A stretch of DNA of 64,000 nucleotides from Candidatus Nomurabacteria bacterium (GCA_943356415.1 CALREW010000001.1:149252-213251); one strand, 5' to 3'. Counted from the first letter of the stretch, positions 18,475 to 28,337 are shown. Made by a program: numbers and translations. Notes: generated from the sequence alone by a model not told the origin.

Positions 18475-18918
18475 TTACTCCGCTACAATCTCAACCGTGA
18501 TTTCTGCTTTTTTGTGCTTCGATTTGAGGCCAACTTCATGCTTTCCTACTGAACGCAGTGGTTCGTCGAGAATAATCGCGCTTGTCGGCATTTCGAGAGA
18601 TTTTTCCGCACGAATAGCTTTCACGACATCGTTGTCAATCACTTTCTTAAAGAGACCTCCACTTGGAGCTGCTTTAACTTTGATCACAAACGTTGCACCC
18701 CGCAGCGTGTCTACTTTTTTATCGAGCGCCAATTCTTCTGCTTCTTTTTCTGCAGTTTTCTTTGCTATCTCTGCAGCAACTGCAGCAAGTTTCTCTTCGG
18801 TTGCCGGTTCAGCTGCTTTCTGTGGAAACAGGAAGTTAACGGCGTAGCCGTCAGATACTTCTTTGACAGCACCTTTCTGTCCCAGCCCGCGCAAGTCCCT
18901 CAGTAGAATTACCTTCAT
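18475..18918 (-). CDS. rplI: 50S ribosomal protein L9
   Basis: MKVILLRDLRGLGQKGAVKEVSDGYAVNFLFPQ matches L9. Confidence 0.85.
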   Translation of the reverse strand: MKVILLRDLRGLGQKGAVKEVSDGYAVNFLFPQKAAEPATEEKLAAVAAEIAKKTAEKEAEELALDKKVDTLRGATFVIKVKAAPSGGLFKKVIDNDVVKAIRAEKSLEMPTSAIILDEPLRSVGKHEVGLKSKHKKAEITVEIVAE

Positions 18919-19088
18919 CAGATGAGTCTACTTCAGTAGCCTGCGCTTTCCCAGCCTCTCGCTTTCTGAGGCCTCTGGTTTTGGATGTAATACAAGGCGC
19001 GCCTGAGGAGCAAACTGAGGTGTATCAGGAATACACCGAAGGAGCACCGGAAGGAGCAACGCAGTAGTACGCCAAAACCAGAGGTCGT

Positions 19089-20336
19089 CTACTTGCCCGT
19101 GAGGAGGAACTCTACTGCTCGGTCTAATTGAGGATCCTTATTCGCCTTCATATCGTCTATCGTTCTATCAACTTCAATATCCGGAGTGAGTCCCTGCTGC
19201 GAGATTGAATGGCCGCTCGGAGTGAGCCACTTTGCGATAGTGATCTTAAGCGACGCACCGCCACCAAGATCTACCAGTTCTTGCACAGAGCCTTTGCCGA
19301 AACTCTTCATACCGATAAGGGTTGCTACACCATGGTCCTTAAGTGCTCCTGCAAGAATTTCCGAAGCCGATGCCGAACCCTGGTTTATAAGCACCACCAT
19401 CTTGAGGTCAATACCTCGAGTGCGTATAACGTTGTATCCGCGACTCTTGTGCTCTTCGTTTTTCTGCGTGCCATTGTAGTCCTCGGTCACAATCACATCT
19501 CCCAGCGGCAAGAAGTAGCTGGCCATATCTACTGACGATTCAAGGAACCCTCCTGGGTTGCCACGAAGGTCGAGCACGAGACGTGTGCTGCCAGACTCAA
19601 TAAACTGACGCATCGCTTCTTTAAACTTGGGAGAGGCAAGCGAGGAGAAGTTATAGAGCGATATCACGAAGACACCGTCTGGACGATGAACAACTTTAAT
19701 AGTCGGTGCTTCAATCGTTGCGCGTGTTATCTTGAGCTCCTTTGCTTCCTGTTTGTCGTGGGCAACCAAAAGACGAACGACGCTATCTACCGGTCCGCGA
19801 ATGCGTTTAACGGCTTCGTCTACTGACATACCGTCCGTTGGTACGCCGTCGACAGCGATTATCTTGTCTCCCGTGAGAATACCCGCGCGTTCAGCCGGAG
19901 AATTCGGAATCGGCGCTACTACCGTGATTGCGCGATCTTGAATACCTATTTCCATACCAACACCAGAGAAACTTCCTTGCACTTGCTCAGTAAAGGCTTT
20001 GTTTTCCTCGGGCGGCAAAAAGACGGTGTACGGGTCTCCGTAGGAACGGGTCAGTCCTTCAATAGCACCCCAGATTTTTTCCTGGTCTGTTGCACGAGTT
20101 GAAGACGCCGTTGTTGAAACAAAACGGTCATTGAGAAGCTGCCACGCGACCCAAAGCTGGGTGAGATCAACTCCTTCTGGCGCTTTGCCAGTTCCAACAA
20201 AAAAAGTAGAGAAGTTGGCGGCTTGCGACGAACTGCGCGCCACGCCAACCGCTATACCTGCACCGAATGACGAAAATACAAGAACGGCAGCTATAACCGC
20301 CGAAGATACGCGGAAGCGCCTGTTTGGAGTCTGCAT
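19089..20336 (-). CDS. ctpA: Carboxyl-terminal processing protease (S41, PDZ domain)
   Basis: PDZ region and S41 catalytic Ser in GSASASEIL (the LDLRGNPGG stretch is the conserved S41 region, not the nucleophile). Confidence 0.85.
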   Translation of the reverse strand: MQTPNRRFRVSSAVIAAVLVFSSFGAGIAVGVARSSSQAANFSTFFVGTGKAPEGVDLTQLWVAWQLLNDRFVSTTASSTRATDQEKIWGAIEGLTRSYGDPYTVFLPPEENKAFTEQVQGSFSGVGMEIGIQDRAITVVAPIPNSPAERAGILTGDKIIAVDGVPTDGMSVDEAVKRIRGPVDSVVRLLVAHDKQEAKELKITRATIEAPTIKVVHRPDGVFVISLYNFSSLASPKFKEAMRQFIESGSTRLVLDLRGNPGGFLESSVDMASYFLPLGDVIVTEDYNGTQKNEEHKSRGYNVIRTRGIDLKMVVLINQGSASASEILAGALKDHGVATLIGMKSFGKGSVQELVDLGGGASLKITIAKWLTPSGHSISQQGLTPDIEVDRTIDDMKANKDPQLDRAVEFLLTGK

Positions 20337-20360
20337 TTGCCTATTTTCTCACAGTCTCGA

Positions 20361-20382
20361 CGCGAGAACAAATTTTCTCGCG
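20361..20382. promoter_or_regulatory. Perfect palindrome CGCGAGAA-caaatt-TTCTCGCG in the ctpA/corA divergent intergenic region (candidate operator)
   Basis: 8-bp arms, read directly. Confidence 0.3.
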
Positions 20383-20399
20383 CTATACTGTGTTGACGT

Positions 20400-21311
20400 A
20401 TGCTCGCGCGCCACACCTTAAAGGGAATGACGTGGATCGACCTTGAGTCGCCAACCCCGACTGAAGTGCGCACCCTCATGCACGAGCACGATATCCATCC
20501 GTCCGTTGCCGAAGAGCTTCTTAAGCCGTCGCTTAAATCAAAAGCAGAACGGTATGAAAACTGCCTCTATGTGATACTCCACTTCCCCACCGCGCTTGGC
20601 CGCAGCGCTGCGCACGCGCAAGAAGTAGACTTCGTTCTCGGAAAGGACTACCTCATAACAACGCGTTACGAAGAAGTAGATCCACTCTTTAAATTCTCGC
20701 GCATCTTCGAAGCCAGCGCACTTATCGAACATGGTGACGCAAGCAACCGTGCCGGTTACACGTTTTGCATGATGCTGCGCAATATCTATCAAGCGCTCGA
20801 ATCTGAGCTTGAGACCGTTTCATCGATGCTTTCCCGGGCTGAAAACCGTATTTTTGAAGGACAGGAGCGTGCGATGGTAACTGAGCTCTCTCGCGCAGCG
20901 CGCATACTCCTCACCTTCAAGCAAACGTTGATGCCACACAAAGATATGCTCGACTCCATCGAAGCGCCCGGCGTGCGTCTCTACGGGCAAGCGTTCGCCT
21001 ACCACCTGCGCGGCATTATGGGTGATTACTTCCGCCTTGCGACCAATTTGCAGAGCGAGCGCGACATACTTGGAGAATTGCGCGCCACCAATGACTCGCT
21101 TCTTACCACCAAACAAAACGAGACGATCAAAAACCTCACCGTGATGGCGTTTATTGCGCTCCCTCTTTCTGTAATTGCCTCACTTTTCGGAATGAACGTA
21201 GAACACACTCCTATCGTAGGGAATCCGAACGACTTCTGGGTGGTCATTATGTTGATGGCTGCGTTCTCAATTGGGCTTCTGTGGTTCTTTAAATATAAAA
21301 AGTGGCTCTAA
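20400..21311 (+). CDS. corA: CorA family magnesium/cobalt transporter
   Basis: C-terminal two TM helices with GMN motif (LFGMNVEH). Confidence 0.8.
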   Translation: MLARHTLKGMTWIDLESPTPTEVRTLMHEHDIHPSVAEELLKPSLKSKAERYENCLYVILHFPTALGRSAAHAQEVDFVLGKDYLITTRYEEVDPLFKFSRIFEASALIEHGDASNRAGYTFCMMLRNIYQALESELETVSSMLSRAENRIFEGQERAMVTELSRAARILLTFKQTLMPHKDMLDSIEAPGVRLYGQAFAYHLRGIMGDYFRLATNLQSERDILGELRATNDSLLTTKQNETIKNLTVMAFIALPLSVIASLFGMNVEHTPIVGNPNDFWVVIMLMAAFSIGLLWFFKYKKWL

Positions 21312-21358
21312 GCACGAGGCGGTAGCACGCTACCTGCTTAGTTGGTATTCTCTCGTCT

Positions 21359-22825
21359 ATGGGTTTCCTCGGACTATTTAGTAAAAAAGAACCGGCCATT
21401 CAGGCTAAGCTTCGTTTTCACAACACCCTTTCAGACGAACTCGAGGTATTCGAACCGATCGCGGGACCGTCAGTGCGCATGTACAACTGCGGTCCTACTG
21501 TCTATCTCGAGCAGCACATCGGCAATCTCAAGCCATACATATTTGCGGATATTCTTAAACGTACGCTCGTCCTTTGGGGGTATCGAGTAAACCAGGTCAT
21601 CAATATCACCGATGTTGGACATCTCGTTTCAAACGCCGATGAGGGTGAAGACAAAATCGAAAAAGGGGTCCGCGCACGCGGTGGGACGGTAGAAGACTTG
21701 GTTCAAGAAGTAAGTGCCGCATTTTTTTCAGACCTTGATCTGCTTGGCATTAACCGAGCGTCTATTGTTTTCCCGCGCGCAACAGAATACATCGGCGAGC
21801 AAATTGCGTTGGTACATGCGCTCGAAGAAAAGGGTTACACCTACACTATCGAAGAAGACGGTATCTATTTCGACACCAAACGTTTTAAGGACTACGGCAA
21901 GCTCGGTTCTATAAATCTCTCCGGACTTGAAGAAGGAGCGCGCATCGGCGTCGTTCTAGGAAAGCGTAACCCTGCAGACTTCGCACTTTGGAAATTCTCG
22001 CCAAAAGGAGAGAAGCGCTTGCAAGAATGGGACAGCCCCTGGGGCACCGGCTTCCCTGGCTGGCATTTAGAGTGCACCGCCATGATCTTCAAACTTCTTG
22101 GCCGACAGATCGATATCCATACCGGTGGCGTCGACCATATTCCCGTTCACCACAACAACGAGCTCGCACAGGCTGAAGCAGCAACGCAAAAGCAATACGT
22201 TCGCTATTGGATGCACGAAAATTTCATAAACATCGAAGGAAAGAAAATCAGCAAGTCGCTCGGCAATACGATTTACTTGCGTAATATTGTTGAACGCGGT
22301 TTTAATCCGCTCTCCTATCGATACCTCCTCCTTACTGCCCACTACCGCACGCTGATGAATTTCACATGGACAGGACTCGAGGCGGCACAAGCAGCACTCA
22401 CTCGTCTCTACCGCATCTTTTTTGAAGAGCTCCCAACATCCGGCGAAGCGTCACCCGAGTTTATTGCGACGTTTACTGAAGCACTCTCAAACGACCTCGA
22501 TACCCCGAAAGCAATCGCAGCAATGTGGGAGATGCTCAAAGATACAAAAGTCACTCCCGCACAAAAACACGGCAATCTTTTATATGCAGATCGCGTGCTG
22601 GGCTTAGGACTGCGCGATGGAAAAAAACGTCTTTCAGAAATGAAATCGCTTAGTGTATTGCCTGCCTCGGATGTCCCTGCAGAGATACAAAACCGCATCG
22701 ACGCTCGCGAAACGGCACGAAAGGAACGCAATTTCACTGAAGCAGATCGGCTTCGTCAAGAACTCCTTGATTTAGGCTATGAACTGTCGGATAGCCCTAC
22801 CGGGCCCTCAATACGCAAAATATAG
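21359..22825 (+). CDS. cysS: Cysteinyl-tRNA synthetase
   Basis: CGPTVYLEQHIGN (HIGH) and KISKSLGN (KMSKS) motifs. Confidence 0.9.
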   Translation: MGFLGLFSKKEPAIQAKLRFHNTLSDELEVFEPIAGPSVRMYNCGPTVYLEQHIGNLKPYIFADILKRTLVLWGYRVNQVINITDVGHLVSNADEGEDKIEKGVRARGGTVEDLVQEVSAAFFSDLDLLGINRASIVFPRATEYIGEQIALVHALEEKGYTYTIEEDGIYFDTKRFKDYGKLGSINLSGLEEGARIGVVLGKRNPADFALWKFSPKGEKRLQEWDSPWGTGFPGWHLECTAMIFKLLGRQIDIHTGGVDHIPVHHNNELAQAEAATQKQYVRYWMHENFINIEGKKISKSLGNTIYLRNIVERGFNPLSYRYLLLTAHYRTLMNFTWTGLEAAQAALTRLYRIFFEELPTSGEASPEFIATFTEALSNDLDTPKAIAAMWEMLKDTKVTPAQKHGNLLYADRVLGLGLRDGKKRLSEMKSLSVLPASDVPAEIQNRIDARETARKERNFTEADRLRQELLDLGYELSDSPTGPSIRKI

Positions 22826-22923
22826 CCTTATATAGAGGCCTGTATTGCTATCCCCTGCTTATCCAGAGGTTATAAAGCGTTGGCAATATTTGTCCCCGAC
22901 ACTGCACAAGGTAGACTGCCGAT

Positions 22924-24300
22924 ATGAAGGACAAGCTCCGTATACCGCCCCAGCAACTTGAATCGGAGAAGGCACTCCTCGGTGCCATCATGATTAAGCC
23001 TGACACGCTCCACGACACCATCGACATGGTGTCGCCGGATGCCTTTTACAGCGAAAAGCATCGCATCATCTACCGCGCGATGGTCGGGCTTTGGGGCAAG
23101 AACGAGCCGATCGATTTACTTTCGGTTACTTCAAAGCTGAAAGACAGCGGCCAGATGGAGCAAGTCGGTGGTGTCACCTATCTCTCTGAACTTGTTGCCG
23201 GCGTGCCTGCGGCAAGCAACGCCAAACATTACGCGGGCATCGTGCAGAAGAAGTTTATGCTCCGCAATCTTATTGATGCGGGTGAATATATCGCTGAACT
23301 TGGGTATGACGAATCTTCTGATGTTGAAGAGACACTCGATAAAGCGGAGAAAAAAGTCTATGAGGTAACCAACGCCCCAACGCTCCACAAATTTGTTTCG
23401 ATGCGCGAAAGTTTGACCGAAGCATGGGCTCGCCTCGAACACCTTTCAAATTCTAAAGACGAGATGCGCGGCGTGAAAACCGGTTTCAAAGACCTCGACA
23501 ACTTGCTCGCAGGCTTGCAGAAGTCCGACCTCGTCATCCTTGCGGCGCGTCCTTCCATGGGTAAGACGGCACTCGCGCTCGACATTGCACGCCAAGCAGC
23601 AATCAACCAAAGCACGGTTGTCGGCCTGTTCTCACTTGAAATGAGTTCGCAGCAGTTGGTAGACCGTATGGTTTCTGCGGAAGCAAAAGTTAACTCGTGG
23701 AACCTTCGTATCGGTCGCGGACTTGATGCTGACGACTTCGAAAAAATACGCGATGCGTATGACCGTCTTTCAAAAGCACCCATCTTTATCGACGACAAAG
23801 CAGCTAACAACGTGCTCAACATGCGCGCTGTTGCTCGACGATTGAAACGCGAACAGGGATTGGGTCTTATCGTTGTCGACTACCTCCAGCTGATGGCCCC
23901 AACTAACGCACGCGGTACGGACTCGATGGTGCAGCAAGTAACCGAAATATCACGCTCGCTCAAACAACTGGCACGCGAGCTTGAAGTCCCCGTGCTCGCA
24001 CTCTCACAGCTCTCTCGTGCCGTTGAACAGCGACGCGGCCGCCCTCGCCTCTCTGACCTTCGCGACTCAGGTTCGATCGAACAAGACGCTGACGTCGTTA
24101 TGTTTATTCACCGTGAAGATAAAATGTCCGACAACCAAGATAGACCAAACATCGCTGAAATATTAGTAGAAAAACACCGCAACGGTCCGGTGGGCAAAGT
24201 AGAGCTCTACTTCGATGAAAAGCGAACCACCTTCCTCTCGGTAGATAAGAGCGACTTTGGAGCGTTTGAAACTGCAGCTTCCTCTAGCAGCGAGTTCTAG
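22924..24300 (+). CDS. dnaB: Replicative DNA helicase
   Basis: Full-length DnaB-like with Walker A GKTALAL and C-terminal RecA-like domain. Confidence 0.9.
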   Translation: MKDKLRIPPQQLESEKALLGAIMIKPDTLHDTIDMVSPDAFYSEKHRIIYRAMVGLWGKNEPIDLLSVTSKLKDSGQMEQVGGVTYLSELVAGVPAASNAKHYAGIVQKKFMLRNLIDAGEYIAELGYDESSDVEETLDKAEKKVYEVTNAPTLHKFVSMRESLTEAWARLEHLSNSKDEMRGVKTGFKDLDNLLAGLQKSDLVILAARPSMGKTALALDIARQAAINQSTVVGLFSLEMSSQQLVDRMVSAEAKVNSWNLRIGRGLDADDFEKIRDAYDRLSKAPIFIDDKAANNVLNMRAVARRLKREQGLGLIVVDYLQLMAPTNARGTDSMVQQVTEISRSLKQLARELEVPVLALSQLSRAVEQRRGRPRLSDLRDSGSIEQDADVVMFIHREDKMSDNQDRPNIAEILVEKHRNGPVGKVELYFDEKRTTFLSVDKSDFGAFETAASSSSEF

Positions 24301-24337
24301 ATTTACCATTTGATACTTCATACGCCATACTTTCTTT

Positions 24338-24943
24338 ATGTCCCCGCTCGATAGACTCACTGAACTCTTCCGTGACTTCCCCGGCATTGGTCCGCGCCAA
24401 GCACGACGTTTCGTATATTTTCTCCTTGCGGCAAATCCTAACTACCGCCGCGAACTAGCAAAACTTATTGAAACGAGCGCTGCGGATATCGCGCAATGTG
24501 AGTCATGTTTTCGCTATTTCCCAAAAGATCGACAGCCCTCACCTTTTTGTCGCATCTGCAAAGATCCTGGCCGTGACCAGACGTCTCTTATGGCAGTCGA
24601 GCGCGATGTAGACATTGAAAGCATCGAGCGTTCCGGTGCGTTTAAAGGGCGTTATTTTGTGCTCGGTGGAACCATACCCCTTGCTTCAGAAGAGCCAGAA
24701 AAGTTTGTTCGTCTCCGCGAACTACGCGCCGCAGCAGAACGCCCAGAGCTTAAGGAAATAGTGCTTGGTTTCTCAGCAACGACTGAAGGAGACCACACGC
24801 GTTTGCTTGCAGAAGAATGGTTAAAAGGGGTGCAAGAAAAAGGATTGCGTGTCACGGTCCTCGGCCGCGGTCTTTCAACTGGCTCTGAACTTGAGTACGC
24901 AGACCCCGAAACGATTAAAGCCGCAATACTCGGTAAAAAGTAG
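24338..24943 (+). CDS. recR: Recombination protein RecR
   Basis: FPGIGPRQARR helix-hairpin-helix, C4 zinc finger, Toprim. Confidence 0.9.
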   Translation: MSPLDRLTELFRDFPGIGPRQARRFVYFLLAANPNYRRELAKLIETSAADIAQCESCFRYFPKDRQPSPFCRICKDPGRDQTSLMAVERDVDIESIERSGAFKGRYFVLGGTIPLASEEPEKFVRLRELRAAAERPELKEIVLGFSATTEGDHTRLLAEEWLKGVQEKGLRVTVLGRGLSTGSELEYADPETIKAAILGKK

Positions 24944-24949
24944 AAGCGA

Positions 24950-24982
24950 CAAGCCCCGCCCCCAAGTAGTTCGGGGCGGGGC
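24950..24982 (+). terminator. Bidirectional GC hairpin GCCCCGCCCC-caagtagtt-CGGGGCGGGGC
   Basis: Read directly. Confidence 0.55.
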
Positions 24983-24992
24983 ATAAACAGGG

Positions 24993-25616
24993 TCACGTGA
25001 TACGTACGCGGCCCTCGAGCTTCGTAACCAAGGCCCTCACGTTGCGCGCGAGGATGCCCGAGTACGTGTGCTTCCACTCGTCTGAAGCATCTCGCTTCGC
25101 CAGCAATAGGTCGAACGCGCTGGCATACGTGGTGAAATGCCACATGGCCATCTTCGTCAGCATGTCGCCACGTGCTGCATCCATCATTGTGAAGCCTGCG
25201 CTAGCTGCAGGAGATGGTGTGAACTCGAAGAAGAGTCCATCATCGTCATCGGGGGCAACGGACCACAGAAGACCCGAAGGCCATGTGTTGCAATCCCGGA
25301 TGGAAATGTTGAGTGCGCTGCCGACGAGTGGATTGAGGTCCCGCAGCAGCAGATACGTCGTGGCCTGCAATATGGACATCATCTGTTCGGGCTTCTCCGA
25401 GTTTGGGTTCTCGGCAAAATCCCGGAAGGCGGCATCGAGCGGCCGAACCAACGATGTGAAAATCTGCTCCATCCACATCCCGAGCGACTCCGCTTCGCGC
25501 TTCTTTCCATAGCAGGTAATCGACGCAGAATGCGAGAGCCTGAGATGCAGTTTCCACTGTTGCGGCGGCACGCCCTTCGCATCGAAGACGGCCCGCAAGT
25601 CACTTGTAAAGCGCAC
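24993..25616 (-). CDS. Hypothetical protein (GC-rich island), GTG start with GGAGG RBS
   Basis: ORF in about 60% GC segment between recR and rplU. Confidence 0.4.
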   Translation of the reverse strand: MRFTSDLRAVFDAKGVPPQQWKLHLRLSHSASITCYGKKREAESLGMWMEQIFTSLVRPLDAAFRDFAENPNSEKPEQMMSILQATTYLLLRDLNPLVGSALNISIRDCNTWPSGLLWSVAPDDDDGLFFEFTPSPAASAGFTMMDAARGDMLTKMAMWHFTTYASAFDLLLAKRDASDEWKHTYSGILARNVRALVTKLEGRVRIT

Positions 25617-25697
25617 GGCGCGCCTCCATTGCGTGAGGGGTAAAAAGGATTATTGGGCTAGAAAGAATAGCCGCAGTCAGGATGCAACAAATACCTC

Positions 25698-25736
25698 AAA
25701 ACAACAAGACCCACCGAGTGGTGGGTCTTGTTGTTT
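25698..25736 (-). terminator. Intrinsic terminator downstream of rplU: AACAAGACCCACC-gagt-GGTGGGTCTTGTT
   Basis: 13-bp perfect stem flanked by A/T runs. Confidence 0.7.
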
Positions 25737-25740
25737 GAAA

Positions 25741-26115
25741 TTAGGCTACTTTGCCTATCTTCACTTCAAAATACGGTTGGCGATGACCGCGCTTCTTAAA
25801 ATAGCGACTCTTGGCTTTGTATTTGATGACCGTAACTTTGTCTGCTTTAGCGATAGCAGTGATTTCGGCCGAAACTTTTGCGCCAGCAACGTTCGGGGCA
25901 CCAATCTCAACGCTTTCACCTTTGCCAGTGAGAAGCACGTCTTCAAAGGTGACTGCGTCACCTACTTTGTATCCGCCGAGCATTTTCTCGACACGAAGTT
26001 TCATTCCCTCGGAGACGAGGTACTGCTTACCGCCAGTGGCGATAATCGCGTAAGTATCAGCCTTAGCCTTCGGGGCTTTCTTAGCCTTAACTGGGGCCTT
26101 TTTTGTAGTTGCCAT
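25741..26115 (-). CDS. rplU: 50S ribosomal protein L21 with short Lys/Ala-rich N-terminal extension; start placed at ATG (MATTKK), track ORF begins at TTG 26136
   Basis: YAIIATGGKQY...GHRQPY core of L21. Confidence 0.8.
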   Translation of the reverse strand: MATTKKAPVKAKKAPKAKADTYAIIATGGKQYLVSEGMKLRVEKMLGGYKVGDAVTFEDVLLTGKGESVEIGAPNVAGAKVSAEITAIAKADKVTVIKYKAKSRYFKKRGHRQPYFEVKIGKVA

Positions 26116-26125
26116 AACGCGGCCT

Positions 26126-26154
26126 ACTATACGCAAAATGGCCTAAAAAGGCAA
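26126..26154 (-). promoter_or_regulatory. Promoter TTGCCT-N17-TATAGT for rplU (minus strand), back-to-back with the rnpB promoter
   Basis: Read directly; places TSS a few nt before ATG 26115. Confidence 0.45.
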
Positions 26155-26172
26155 CCTTCTTTACTTACCCTA

Positions 26173-26200
26173 TTGACAAAAATATAAAGAAGTGTACTCT
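26173..26200 (+). promoter_or_regulatory. Promoter TTGACA-N16-TACTCT upstream of candidate rnpB
   Basis: Consensus -35; weak -10 preceded by TG. Confidence 0.4.
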
Positions 26201-26204
26201 GCTT

Positions 26205-26652
26205 GTGCGTCCGTAGATGACGCTCGGGCTACCGGTTCTCCGTCTTTACGGATTCTGGGCTTCTCCTCCTCCGGCGAGGGTCGCACAAATAGCCTGATCT
26301 TGCAGAAGTCCGGATGCTCTTTTTTTCGCTTCACCAGTCCGACGAAGGACACCGGTGGGCGGATGCCCGGGCTATAGGCAGACTTTGGTCAGTTCGTCGA
26401 CCAAGGGAGCACTATAGGCACCAGTCCCTGAAATGGGAATTCTCTGGGGCGTCTTCGCGGACGATCTCCCTTTAGGGCGGACTTGGAACGAGCGTTCGGT
26501 GCTGCAGCACCTACGCATGGGATATACGGGGAGCGCTTCAGCGACGAACTCCCTATGGCCCCTCCAAACTCCGGCACCATGCGCCAGTCGCGCCAGTCTC
26601 CTTGCGGGATTGGCGCTTCTCTTTTTATTCCTCCCCTACGGCAGGACGTTCT
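26205..26652 (+). ncRNA. rnpB: Candidate RNase P RNA (about 445 nt)
   Basis: GCAGAAGUCCGGAUGCUC resembles CR-I GGAAAGUCCGGGCUCC; CAAACUCCGGCAC resembles CR-V ACAGAACCCGGCUUA; 5' GUGCGUCCGUAG can pair with 3' CUACGGCAGGACG (P1); no credible ORF. Confidence 0.5.
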
Positions 26653-27707
26653 AACGCAGCAACTTCAAGACCGGGTGCTGCGCCCGCAATTTTTAATACA
26701 TCTTTGTCTATCTTCTTCAATTCTTTACCAGCAGCGTTGTAGTGGTTAACCGTTGTTGAAAGTGCGTTGCCAAGTTTTCCGTAATATTCTTCGTACGCTT
26801 TCAAGTGCTTGCCGAGATCGCCCACCTTTCCAATAATCTGTGTGGCAGTTTCTTCTATCTGCATGGCGCGTAACCCCTGAAGTACCGTCTGGAGATATGC
26901 GAGGAATGATGTCGGAGAAACAATAATGACTTTGTATTTGCTCGCAGCGCGCTGGATAAGGTTCTCAGTATCTTCAGTCTTAAGCGCACCGACTTTGTTC
27001 GTTAGCAAGTCGTAGTAGATGGCTTCGTGTGGAATAAACATAAACGCAAAGTCCAGCGTGCCCTTACTCGGTTGAATATATTTTGCCGTTTCAACAATAC
27101 GATTCTTTAAATCATTCACGAATACTTTTTCGAGGCGATCCCGCTCTGCAGGCTCGCTGGCTTCAACCATCTTGTTATAGTTCTCGAGCGAAAACTTCGA
27201 GTCCACCGGAATAATTTTTTCCTTCACAAACACCACCGCGTCAGGGATGAGGTCTCCCCCATCTTCATCTTTACCCAATTTGTACTGCATTTCATATGAG
27301 CCGGGCGGTAGCACGTTCTTCAAAAGCGTCTCGAGGTAATACTCACCGAGGATTCCTCGTTGTTTTGGATTTTTCAAAATATCTTGAAGACTCTGCAGTT
27401 GCTCTGCAAATCCCTCAACACGCCGCCCAGTCTCTTTAACAAACGTAAGTTCCGCGGTGATTTCCTTGATAAGTCGGGATGATTCTCCGTGTTGGCTCGT
27501 GACCGCTTCGTGCATTTGCTTTGAAGACTCCGTCACACGACTATCGAGCGTACGCGCAAGCTCTTGTATCTGGTTTTGCAGGAGAACTAATCCACGGTCA
27601 GCGTTTGGGTCAACAGGAGCAGCCTGTTTGCTTCGCTGCCACAGTAGATAGACGAGCGAAACATTCCCCAAAACAACCACGATAAGTATGCCGATAAGGA
27701 CTTCCAT
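26625..27707 (-). CDS. rmuC: DNA recombination protein RmuC
   Basis: N-terminal TM, long coiled coil, C-terminal RmuC nuclease-like region. Confidence 0.75.
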   Translation of the reverse strand: MEVLIGILIVVVLGNVSLVYLLWQRSKQAAPVDPNADRGLVLLQNQIQELARTLDSRVTESSKQMHEAVTSQHGESSRLIKEITAELTFVKETGRRVEGFAEQLQSLQDILKNPKQRGILGEYYLETLLKNVLPPGSYEMQYKLGKDEDGGDLIPDAVVFVKEKIIPVDSKFSLENYNKMVEASEPAERDRLEKVFVNDLKNRIVETAKYIQPSKGTLDFAFMFIPHEAIYYDLLTNKVGALKTEDTENLIQRAASKYKVIIVSPTSFLAYLQTVLQGLRAMQIEETATQIIGKVGDLGKHLKAYEEYYGKLGNALSTTVNHYNAAGKELKKIDKDVLKIAGAAPGLEVAALERPAVGEE

Positions 27708-27808
27708 GCCGATATCATACCGCGACCCGTAGATGCACCCGACTTGCCATCTTGGATAAATGTTGTGTAGGCTCGAAGTGGATCCCGAAACAACCTGACG
27801 GTGATGTG

Positions 27809-28264
27809 ATGAATCGAGAGATGCTCTACGCGTTTGCGGCCATGCTCCTGAGCGCGCCGCTTCTCATGGCCGTTCCGTTCTTCGAGTACAAGTACGGGAC
27901 GCCCAAAGCCGTGACGACGCTCTCCTGGTTCGCCGGAGAGATTGGCGTCATCGCCATCGTCGCGGTCGCGACGGGCCAGTTGAAGCCCCTGGCGGGCTAC
28001 ACCGGCAACCCTGGCATGTGGCTCGCACTTGTCGGCGGAGCTGTCATCGGAACCGGAGCGCTCTTCTGCATGATGAAGGCATTCGGCGGGGACGAACCGG
28101 CTGCTATCGTCATGACCATCGCAAACGCCAACCCGGCTGTCGCGGTGTTGGGGCTCATGTTCCTCGGCCTCGTCGTCAAGGACTTCCCCACCGGAATCAG
28201 CGACAAGCAGACCTTCGGGGTCTTCCTGTCGATACCGGTCTTCTACCTCCTCGCCTCGAAGTAG
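27809..28264 (+). CDS. Hypothetical 4-TM membrane protein (GC-rich island); start placed at MNREMLY
   Basis: GC about 63%; GGTGA RBS; followed by terminator. Confidence 0.4.
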   Translation: MNREMLYAFAAMLLSAPLLMAVPFFEYKYGTPKAVTTLSWFAGEIGVIAIVAVATGQLKPLAGYTGNPGMWLALVGGAVIGTGALFCMMKAFGGDEPAAIVMTIANANPAVAVLGLMFLGLVVKDFPTGISDKQTFGVFLSIPVFYLLASK

Positions 28265-28287
28265 TTCGCAGGCGACACCAGAAATCC

Positions 28288-28322
28288 ACCCTCTCGCCGC
28301 GCGGCGAGAGGTTTGTGTTTTT
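28288..28322 (+). terminator. Intrinsic terminator CCTCTCGCCGCG-CGGCGAGAGG plus T-run
   Basis: Read directly. Confidence 0.7.
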
Positions 28323-28337
28323 TGCTATACTAATTTT

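Noticed and set aside
22858-22866. DnaA box-like TTATCCAGA upstream of dnaB (possible oriC)
   Set aside because: Single near-match only; no cluster of DnaA boxes or AT-rich unwinding element, and dnaA/dnaN are not adjacent.
25137-25643. 168-aa plus-strand ORF antisense to 24993..25616
   Set aside because: No start-signal context; Arg/Cys-rich translation; the minus-strand frame has a GGAGG RBS and GTG start.
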